Assembly (NCBI GenBank): GCA_039545335.1
Contig: BCIN01000001.1
Coordinates: 674,208 to 738,207 of the forward strand
Length of the DNA stretch: 64,000 nucleotides
Direction: 5' to 3'
Source: Kondoa subrosea
Lineage: Eukaryota
Shown here: piece after piece, positions 43,307 through 52,829 of the stretch
Position numbering within the stretch: the first letter of the stretch is position 1
Layout of the letters: each line of letters begins with the position of its first letter
Position numbers and translations under genes: made by a program
Notes under the pieces: generated by a model
Told to the model about the DNA's origin: nothing
Databases searched by the model: none
Seen by the model: only the letters and a program-made list of their open reading frames with translations

Positions 43307-45338
43307 TCAAATCTTGCCCAAAAGTGTTGTTCGGGCTTTTGAAAGGTCTTGCTTCGAGACCAAGATGTTTGCTGTAGCGAATGTAGAGCAATAAAGAAGA
43401 TTGATACCATGGGTTGTTAGGATATCTGTAAGATGGTTGACTATTCCCGTTTTGTCTTTTGAATCAAGTATCAGCAAGACAATGACAGACACCTATGGTC
43501 ACGTACCCAATCCAAAAGTTGATAGATCCAGCTGAAGGCATTTCAACAACCTCCGACTTCCATCACAACTGGGCGTGTCAAACGCTTCTTCTTCCTCCTC
43601 TTCTTTCTCCTCGTCCAAGCCTTCTCGTCTTATCGAACTGTCTCTTCGCCTTCTTCTCCCTCTGGTTCCATTTCTTGGACCACTGCCGCTCCCATATTCA
43701 TCACCTTCTTCCCCAATCCAAGGTGAATCCAGTCCTCCTTCACCAGCAGCAAAGACCGAATTCCCTTCATCGTTGGGAAACAACTTTCTCAACAACCTTA
43801 CGTCCGCTAATAGAGAACATCCTTCCAAAGTAGCAGTGAAGGAGACAAAAGGTGTTGGATGATCAGCCATACTCGTTGAAGGGGATCGTTCAATTTCTTG
43901 GGTACTGGTTTCATCTTGTTTGGATTCCGCAAAAGTCCGAGGTTTGCGTCGAGGCTGAGAAGAAGAAGGATGGGAAGAGGTATTGCGGTTCCTGCTTGAA
44001 TAGCCTGAGATCGATAGAGGTGAAAGTTCAGTCGAATTGGCCAGTTCTGATTCTGCAACAGAAGGAGAGTAGAGTGGGATTTGATCTAGGCCGTTTTCAT
44101 CGACTAGAGATGGACTCGGAGGCAAGATATCGTCTGAGTAGAAGAAAGCTTGCACCAATTTTTCTCGCCAGGAGGATTCGTATTCAGAATTCAAGCCGAC
44201 GCAGACCAACTCATCTGACAAGACACACAGCTTGGAAGCTAAGTCCAGTGTAGGAAGACTGTTTGCTTCGGCTGTAGGTGAGTTGCTTGACATCAGATCA
44301 TCGAATGATCGTGGAACATTTTCCAATGGAGATGAAACAGGATCATGTTCGAAGAAAATGGGGTCGATAGACTGCTCTTGCGGTAAAGGTGTATCATTGG
44401 CGAAATTTGGCGAGGTCAAAGTAAGAGATGAGAGAAGTTTGGTCGACCGAGAGACAGAAGACTGCCTTGAATTTCTGCCGGATTGCGATCCAGAAGGGCT
44501 GGAGTGTCTTGGACTTCCTTCCATACCATTCACGGAGTCTCTCAGCAATGATGAGCCTGTCTTGTAAGCATTGGAAGCCGAAGTAATCGAATCAAGAGAC
44601 GAATAGTGAGCTTGACTGCCGCTGGACCATGCTCGTACTCTTTCAGACGAGGATATAGAGGAGGTATCCGACAGATTGTCCAAGCCTTCTTCGGCTGTAG
44701 GCTGAAACGAGAAACCTGACTGTTGCTGCAGGATGTGGATGACTTGCTCCAAACGGTGTTCTTTCAGCAGGATAAAGTCGCTAATACTGTACATACTACG
44801 TCAGCCTTGCAGATATACTGATGCGTGAGGGACTAACTAGGTTGAGCAGTACAGAATGGAGATTCCTTCAGCTGCTAGAGGTTGCGCTAGCTCTTTGACT
44901 CTGTTTCCGCTGCTTTCATAGTCTGCATCTCCGGTTTGCTCCCTGATTGATCATTCAGCAGAGTTGCAAACTTAAATAGCTAAAACTCACACTTGCAAAA
45001 CACACCACAGCTCTTCCGAAATCTCAACTCCTTCAAGTAATGGTGATCTTGGCTCGGCATCCAGTATAGGGCCAAAGATCTTATCTAGGAAGTCACCTTG
45101 GGCGAATATCCTGTGTGAAGCGAGAATCAGATGAGCTGATAGGACTTATGGAAATGACTCACGATAGCTCAATATCGTTCAAAGTAATGGAGAAGAAAGG
45201 ATCTTGATGTGATCTGAACAGCAGCAAACGGAGGATCGCATGCATATGCAGATTGATGCTGCAGCGAGGAATCTTGAGAAGTCGCAAAGTGCCAAGAATA
45301 GTGATGGAAACAGCTGGAGAGCTAGATGACATAGCCAT
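43307..45338 (-). CDS. CASTOR/GATS-like ACT-domain protein with a long Ser-rich insert
   Basis: FFSITLNDIELS, LAQPLAAEGISILYCST..SDFILL, FVSFTATLEGCSLL, LKCLQLDL, GINLLYCSTFATANILV. Confidence 0.75.
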
Positions 45339-47190
45339 AGCTGGCTGTCTTGTGCGAGGAACCAGCCTCACGGGATCTTTTCGAGGTGACCGCTAGGCGA
45401 TAAGCTGTAGCGGACAATTTTTGCTCAAGATGTCGGGAACGCGATAAGCAGTAATGACTCTCGCGAAGGTAAAAGATTGGGGAAGAGAGAGTAAAGATTT
45501 TTTCATTATCACTCAGCCCTACGTTAGACTGTGGGCTGAATTGCGTTAATCTCATTTATGGTAATGATCTTCCAACCTTTGATCAAGCGGAAGAAAGTAG
45601 CTAATATTAACCTAATGATCGTGCATCAGACTTTTCTCAGTAGACTAGAAGAGCAGCCTTTCCGCTCCTACAGTGCTACGAGGTAATGAGCTTTAGTCTA
45701 CACATAAATAGAAAGTAGAGAAAGCTCACAAAAGATGAAAGCATTACCATAGAGGCAAATATCTGTCCATACAGAGGGCTACGAATCAGCACAAAGCCGA
45801 CACAGTCCCGCCCGACGGACCTGATCGATTTCTTGACTTCCGCTGTTATGAGGGAGAGTTGCATCAGTCTATTTGAGGCTGCCGAGTACTGCCAATGTCC
45901 AGACTTGTATATCAGCTTGATCTGATATATCGAATGTACCACTGACATGAGCAATGAGAAGTTTTGAGCAGTCTAGTGTTTGTATCAAAGTCTAACTTTC
46001 TTTTTGGCTTGCATGATCCTGTCAGTGGCACAGGTTGAAAAATCAGCAATTATACTGATTCTCTATTCTCTCACACCGACCTTATATTACTTTGCAGATC
46101 TCAACCCTCTCACTTGTCTCTTCGAGCATGAATGATGTACCCGATACGCTAACTAACAGACCAATCAGGCTTGTCGCTCGATCGCAGCACCTAGGCTGAA
46201 GGATTCCAGTCATCAGAATCGGTGCCACCAATTACTGCGATAGGAGAGCAAGGATAGCGAGATCTGTCAAGCTGCGCAAAATCTTATTAGCTAAACATCT
46301 AGCAACCAAAGCCTACTGACCAATATTATCTCTGCCGCATGTTGATACGACTGCAATCGACAGGTAAATACGAGGGATGTGCAGCGATGAGATGAAAAAG
46401 CCTTGGGCTTTTTGGCAAAGGAAAAGCGTTTTGATGATGATGACACTCGAATGCCTGTCGTCGAATCGTCTTACAATATCAGCTCAGAAGCTGATTGCCA
46501 AGGCAATTTGCTGACCTAGAGATGCTCATACGGTCTGAAGCAGAACAAGTCGCACACGACCGCACTAAGATGACATCACATGATACTGATTGACCGTCAT
46601 TTGCAACTTGAAGCATCAGCGTGATTCTGATAAGTTTCAGGTACCACTGACCATCACATGAAGAGATGAGATACCCTGCTAAGATATTCTGGTCCAATGC
46701 ACAAACTCAGTAGCTTTGTCGGTCATGAATAAGAACGAATAATCAGTCATAGCAGACTAATTATTCGCCCTTTCTCTGACCTCGTTACCAAGTGATATGT
46801 ATCTAAATCAAATCAGCTCCAGTTGTCGCCATCGATCGCTTCATATCGGGAAAGGAACCGTCTAAACTGTTAGGCTTGGACAAATTCAAGTCTGATAACA
46901 TGCATCTAGTGATCAGAAGGATGAGGAACAAGTAATGGCCTGTCAGTCGAAATCAAAAGCTAAGCTAGAGATATAGCTAGTCAGAAGAAATCACTGACCT
47001 GCCCAACCCGACTGCAAAATGATCACAGAATGAATGAACGAGCGGAAGGGCAGAGAAAAGCTGCTGAAGAGCAATAAAACCAAATACAGCACAAGCCGAA
47101 GTCAATATAGTACATTCATACAATCCTCTGCTTCATCCAAAATCAGTTCCTCTGTCTCATGACAGCTTCAGTACCCACCTATGATTACAT

Positions 47191-47817
47191 TCACTGTTGA
47201 GATATGACCTGCATGCCCTCAGCTGGTGGTTGGTGCATAGCCTGTTGCTGCCCACTTTGCAATTGCGGCAATTCGACCACTGCACTTTGACTTTCCGCTG
47301 CTACTTCTTGTTGTTGCAGTTGCGGTGCATTGGAGGATGGTAATGCTGGAGCATCAAGACCTCTTTCACTAGCTAATCGTTCATAGAGAATACTGTACCA
47401 ATGCACAATCAGCTTTCGACACATCCAATTGAGAAGTGAGGGAACGGACGATCGTTCTAAACGTAATCGTTGAATGTTCTTCTTGGCTTGTAAGATCTTG
47501 ACTAAGATCTTCAAATTATCCTGCGCGTTCACAAGCGTTCATTAACACATTCGACAATAGTGGAGAGAAGGGAGTTGACGCACATCTTCCAGAGTTGCGG
47601 TCTTCTCTTTTAATGCATGATATTTAGCAGTATACCTAGCCTCGTCTTCATGCCTTCTTTCAGCTTGACAATCTTGGGAATCTCAGTGGATGAATGGACG
47701 AACCTGTTTGTGATGCTATGGGAGGTCCTTGGGCTTTCGCCGCTGCTTTGCTGTAGCTTATAATGAGCCTTTATTCTACAGATGGCAGAGCAGTACAGCT
47801 CACGTCGGCGGCGCCAT
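47191..47817 (-). CDS. Small coiled-coil protein resembling INO80E/TFPT-type INO80 subunits
   Basis: ATG at 47817 followed by a GTGAG intron; KYHALKEK...AKKNIQRLRLERS-ILYERL after splicing. Confidence 0.55.
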
Positions 47818-47872
47818 GGTGTTTCGTGAAAGAAATCTATATTTTCATCTTTCTCTCTTTCTCTCTTCAACC

Positions 47873-48960
47873 ATGTCTAAATCTACAAACAGTACCATGA
47901 TGAAGAAGAAAGAGAAGAGGAAATCTGTTCGAATCAACTCACAACCAGAAGTAGAACCTACGATTGGGAAATCTTTGGATGAAGAATTGGCAAGTTTGAA
48001 AAGTAAAAAAGAAACTGTTCTTTTACCTGAGAAGTCACCTTTGAAACCATCTTTGAAATCATCCGCATCCACGTCTACGAGTAAGAGTAAAGCCAAAGGG
48101 GATAGAGGGGCAGAGGTTGAGGAGGTTGAAGATATTTTAGCTGGATTTGACGATGATGAAGCAAGTGATGAGGGTGAAGACAGTTCAGAAGGTGAAGAAT
48201 CGGAAGAGCAGGAAGTTGAGATCAAGATGGATGATTTACCGCCCGTGAAAAGTTCAAATCCACCTTCTACATCAAAGAAAGCTGTTCGTCTTGTATCCCT
48301 CATTGGACATTCTCATTCAATACTCATGACCCTTTCACATGACAGGCTAAAACTGGAGTCATCTATCTAGGTCGACTACCAAAAGGTTTCGAAGAAGCAG
48401 GCTTGGAAAAATACTTATCTCAATTCGGTACAATCAATCGCTTGCGTTTATCTAGAAACAAGAAGAACGGCTCTTCCAAACATTTCTGTTTTGTTGAATT
48501 CACCCATCGTTCGGTCGCGGAAATTGTTGTGGAAACAATGAACAATTATTTATTGGCTGGTCATTTGTTGCAATGCGAATTATTGGATGAAAGTAGAGTG
48601 CATCCTAAAATGTGGGTTGGTGCTGGAAAGAAGTTTAGAGTGCAACCCAAAGGAAGAAAAGAGAGGATAAAGCATAACGAGGTCAGTACTCTCTTCGCTG
48701 CCTCGTCTATGTTGAGCTGAAAGATGATGTTAATCAAATAGGAAAAGACTGATGCTCAGAAAGAAACGATTGTCAAAAGATTGATTGAACGTGAATCGGC
48801 AAAAAGAAAGAAGCTCGACGATCTTGGGATAGAGTATGATTTCCCTGGTTACAAAGGTCAAGAGAAGCCAAAGGAACTTGAAGCCGTTGCTGCTCCTGAT
48901 CCTGAAGAACCGAAAGCCAAGAAACAGAAGAAGAAGGCTAGGAAGAGTGCACCGGTGTAA
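47873..48960 (+). CDS. NOP15: Nop15/NIFK nucleolar RRM protein
   Basis: GVIYLGRLPKGFEE, SQFG..RLRLSRNKKNGSSKHFCFVEF, VVETMNNYLL, LGIEYDFPG. Confidence 0.9.
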
Positions 48961-49074
48961 TTTTATGCATGCTTTGTCTGCTCTTTCTGTTTCGCTCAAA
49001 TCCATTGAGCTACTTCTATTCCTTCCTCTTCATATCTTCCCCTTCCTTTGTATCTTCCTCTTGACTGGAATACT

Positions 49075-49365
49075 TGTTATTTAGCGGTATCGATTCTTGT
49101 CCATTGTCCGAGTGCCTCTTCCGGTCTTGTCACTCTGTGGACCTTTGCATCAATGATCATCTTATATCCCTACGTGCTTCTGATGAACTTGTGGAATACG
49201 AATGCTGACGGATCGTGGATGATTATGCGCCCGATGAAACGAGATGAAAAGATGAAACGAGATTCTCGATTGGCTTCGCAGTCAGCTACAGCCGACAACT
49301 ACGGTACAAGAGTAACCCCTCGCCCCCCGATCACCGCGCCCTATCCGAGACGTTGGACTGTGACA
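49075..49365. mobile_element. Probable solo LTR (291 bp)
   Basis: Begins TGTTA and ends TGACA (TG...CA, imperfect terminal inverted repeat). Flanks AATACT (49069-49074) and AATGCT (49366-49371) match 5/6. Contains a TATA-like GATATAAG on the minus strand and short internal GATGAAACGAGAT repeats. Confidence 0.45.
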
Positions 49366-49370
49366 AATGC

Positions 49371-49396
49371 TTTTTTTTTTTTTTTTTTTTTTTTTT
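49371..49396. repeat. T26 homopolymer
   Basis: 26 consecutive T between the putative LTR and the first 71-bp repeat. Confidence 0.95.
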
Positions 49397-49406
49397 GGGG
49401 ATTTAT

Positions 49407-49477
49407 TTTGCTTGTAGGTAGTACAGAACTTGTATGCTAGCTTATTCATAGAACGACCATTGCAAACGAAATTCAGC
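49407..49477 (+). repeat. 71-bp direct repeat, copy 1
   Basis: TTTGCTTGTAGG...GAAATTCAGC, identical to 51299-51369. Confidence 0.95.
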
Positions 49478-51298
49478 TCAAAACCGCTCAAAAGGATTCT
49501 CACACATTGCCAACTCAATTTGGACTTGGCAAGTCTGGTGGTGTTGAACCTATTCTTCGCTACATCGAGCGTGCTATTGAGGATTCACTTACGAGTATCA
49601 AGCACTCAATTATGATCGAACTTGATCTGAAGAACGCCTTTAATCAAATTTGCCGCAAACACATGGCTGAAGCAGTGGCCAAGTATGCACCTGAATTACT
49701 TCCAATGGCGACATGGGCATACAATAATGAATCTGATCTGTTCTTCTGCTTGGAAGATGGGACTGTTGAAATTATCAAGTCACGTCAAGGTGTGCGTCAA
49801 GGTGATACACTTGGCAACCTGCTCTTCTCGATTGCATATCGACCAGTGTTGGAAGATCTTGTTCGAAGGCTCAATGAAGGAGAAACGAATCAGTTCAATC
49901 TTGCTCAAGTTTTGGCTTATCTCGATGATACGAAAGCCTTTGTAGACCGCTCACGTCTTGAGGAAGTCAAAGCTATCTTTGAAGATCACCGTCATCGAGG
50001 CATCATTCTCAACCTCAAACCTCACAAGACTCGTGAAAATGGTCTTTCTCCTCAAGCTGAGATTGAAATACTTGGTAGCTACATTGGACCTTATCCTGAA
50101 CGCTTTCTTCGCGAGAAAGTCATCGGTGAAGCTCTACACCTCTTCAAGCTAGATCAACTTGAAGCCCATCATGCTCTCCTTCTCCTTCGCCTTAGTCTTC
50201 AACACCGCCTGCGTTATCTTCTTCGCACTCTTCCACCTACCCCTGCAGTACTTGAAGTTTGGGCTGAAATGGACACGAACATCTTACGAGCTGTCGCCAA
50301 ATTGCGAGGTGAACAGATACGAATTCAACCGCATGATGCTCGACTCCTCTCCTTTCCGATCAGTTATGGTGGACTTGGCTTCTTGTCTCTTAAGGAAGGT
50401 GCTGAACATGGAAGAGCAGCAATGATTGAGAAGATGGATTACTTGATCAATGACTTTGCTCCAGATGTCAATTATTCAGAACCATCAGAATTCAAGAGTC
50501 AAAGAGAGCGATGTCATGAAATGCACAAAGAGAATCGGACCAAGCTCTTACCTCAACTCAGCTCATCTGAGCTCGTTCAATATGTCGACAACCACTCCTC
50601 AATCTCTTCACAGTGTCTTCATGCCATCCCAAACAACTCTTACAAAACGCTGTCGAAGAGAGAAATTGCAGTTGGTTTGACACACCGAACGCTCATACGA
50701 GGTCACAACGACGTCTGCAAGTACTGCTGCCGTCCAAATNTCATTGGACATGATGAAGTCTGTGCTCAACGNCAGAATATGCGAATCTTCCGCCANGAGA
50801 AGGCAAAGATTACGATCAAGTACCACGTCGAAACGATAGAGGGCACAACAGTCAAACCTGAACCTTCTATTCCTGGTCGAAGAGATCGAACTGATCTNCG
50901 CATTCGCATAGCTGGACCTGGCTCGTTCCGTCAAGAAGTTGGGGACTACGATATCAAGTTCACTTCTGTTCATTCGCAACGCTTTCCTCCTGCTCCAACC
51001 ACTCAAGATCCTGACCTCTTTGCTTCAACTGAAAAACGAATTTCACATTACCTGTCTGGAATTGAAGCGGAGAAGAATCGTCACTACTGCAGTCTCGTCA
51101 AGAATCCTTTCCACCCTATCATATTCACCTCATCTGGAACTCCTTCACCTAACTCAAAAGATGTCCTTGCTCATTGGCAAGATCTCATGGATCCGTATGT
51201 ATACAAGTCATTAATTCTCGATCTCTCTATCAATTTGTTACGCGCTCGGTCTCGTTGTTTTGTTCTCTGAAGTAAAAAGGGAAAGCTGAAGTAGACAA
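49478..51298 (+). mobile_element. 5'-truncated non-LTR retrotransposon, CRE clade (Cnl1/MoTeR/SLACS-like): RT + CCHC + restriction-like endonuclease
   Basis: Intronless ORF to 51270 with QFGLG, LDLKNAFN, GVRQGDTLG, AYLDD, ILGSYIG, GGLG, Cx2Cx7Hx3C, RH/xE, RTD...DIK...EAEKNRHY and FHPIIFTSSG. It begins inside the RT domain with no ATG. Four N calls lie within it. Confidence 0.9.
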
Positions 51299-51369
51299 TT
51301 TGCTTGTAGGTAGTACAGAACTTGTATGCTAGCTTATTCATAGAACGACCATTGCAAACGAAATTCAGC
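51299..51369 (+). repeat. 71-bp direct repeat, copy 2
   Basis: Identical to 49407-49477. Confidence 0.95.
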
Positions 51370-51479
51370 ACGCGCCCTCTAGGAGGACTCGCACAGTAGA
51401 GTGCTATTGTGAGAAAATGCCTTACAAAGTTTTGTTGGTATTTCAATAACATAAATGAGCCTACAAAGCTTACGTAATC

Positions 51480-51616
51480 ACTGTAATAGTCTAGTAGTTG
51501 TATGCAAAACCTTCTCGCTTCTTCGAATTCTGCTTATATCTGTGTCAATTTAGAGGATATGCCTTTCCCATTTGCGTGGCCTGGGCATGACCTGGGTTCA
51601 AGTCCCAGTTACAGTA
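51480..51616 (+). tRNA. tRNA-Gly(CCC)-like gene with two introns (54-nt GT-AG intron in the D-loop; 11-nt 37/38 intron); atypical, possibly degenerate
   Basis: ACTGTAA-TA-GTCT-AGTAGTT|51500-51553|A-GGAT-A-TGCCT-TT-CCC-A|51571-51581|T-GGGCA-TGAC-CTGGG-TTCAAGT-CCCAG-TTACAGT-A. Acceptor 7/7, perfect T-arm, 72-nt mature length, TTTT at 51624. It lacks the D-loop GG and has A1-U72. Confidence 0.75.
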
Positions 51617-51789
51617 TCTCTACTTTTGCTCGAGAGTTAAACGTCGAAGCCTTGCTATTTTTTTGATCAAAGTAATGTGGTATTCTTTCTCAGTACGGAT
51701 AATACTGCCCAGGACTGTGCATCTCGTTCCCCCCATACGCAGGGGGAACAGGTTGGAATACAGGCAAACTGCTCGAAATCAGCCAATAC

Positions 51790-52640
51790 AAAATAAAAGG
51801 AATGCAGCTCACCTTTGAACTCTATGATGCCTGTTGTAATACTTTGCCGAGAGTACGACATAAGTCAACCCAGTCATGATGACAGTCGCTCCCAATCTGA
51901 TGAATAGATCAGCTCGAAGCAGAGTAAAATCACAGAAACAATACTGACGCGATACTAGGAACTCGAGTGCCTTGAGGACCCCATTCGATAGTCAGATTAC
52001 TTGCGCCGCTGACAACGAAAAGGATGCCTCGATCAAACATAGCTGTTCTTGTTGCCCAGACACATTTCAGGCAAATGAAGCGAGTAAATTCAGGCGCTTG
52101 AACCACGAGTGAGCTGAAGTTTCGAGGAAGGAGACAAAAAAGGTGACTTACCAGCTATGAATAAGCCTACAATAATGAATATGGTACCGATGATAGCTTG
52201 TAAAGCATCAGGCTTAGTTGTAGTAGCTGGATCCTTGAAAACGAAAGCAGATGCGAATCGAGCTACATTGCAGAATCAGCTGTCGACCCTCCAAAAGGAG
52301 ATTAGACTGACCAGCTCCGAGGATAACAAAGATGACGGCCATCAGCAGATCGACCCATCTTCCTTTCTCGACCGCAGATTCACCAACCTCAGTGATTACG
52401 GAAGGACTGGGCCTGGGTCGAGCGCTTCTCGGAGTAGGCGGCAAGTAATCACGATAGGACTTATTGTCGGTGACGGAAGATGCAGAGTAGAAGGAACGGT
52501 CATCGTATAGTGGAAGAGATCGTTCGGAACGCAACCTCCGTCCAGCATGAGCTTTCTCTGGTCTATCATGTCTTGTGCCAGTGGAAGCAGAGTACAAAGT
52601 ATAGCGTTCAGGATTGTCTGGAGAACGCATTGATTGAGAA
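51790..52640 (-). CDS. Hypothetical small membrane protein; boundaries uncertain
   Basis: ORF 52214-52717 has a hydrophobic WVDLLMAVIFVILGAG segment, followed by splice-like signals and further hydrophobic exons. Confidence 0.35.
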
Positions 52641-52829
52641 CAGATACAAGTCAAGAAACCGACACAAGAAGGAAAACATATGAACAAAGGGAAACAAGAC
52701 AGCACTTGACCGTCCAAATGAGCATGAGACTATGAACATCAAGAGTCCGTATTTGAATGAGAAGATATGACTAGCTATTGAACAAAAATCAGTATATGAG
52801 AATGAAAGAACTACAAAAAGTAGCATCTT

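Noticed and set aside
49281..49364. GC-rich hairpin before the T-run as 5S rRNA, Y RNA or telomerase RNA
   Set aside because: No recognisable conserved motifs; better explained as the end of the putative solo LTR.
49420..49429. The reverse complement of the 71-bp repeat contains TTCTGTACTA, also present in trypanosomatid spliced leaders, the classic CRE target
   Set aside because: Only ~10 nt, antisense to the element, with no SL-type exon/donor/Sm-site layout on that strand; treated as coincidence.
51303..51430. Forced cloverleaf with a CTA (amber suppressor) anticodon
   Set aside because: No TTCRA T-loop, no proper 7-bp acceptor stem and a mismatched anticodon stem.
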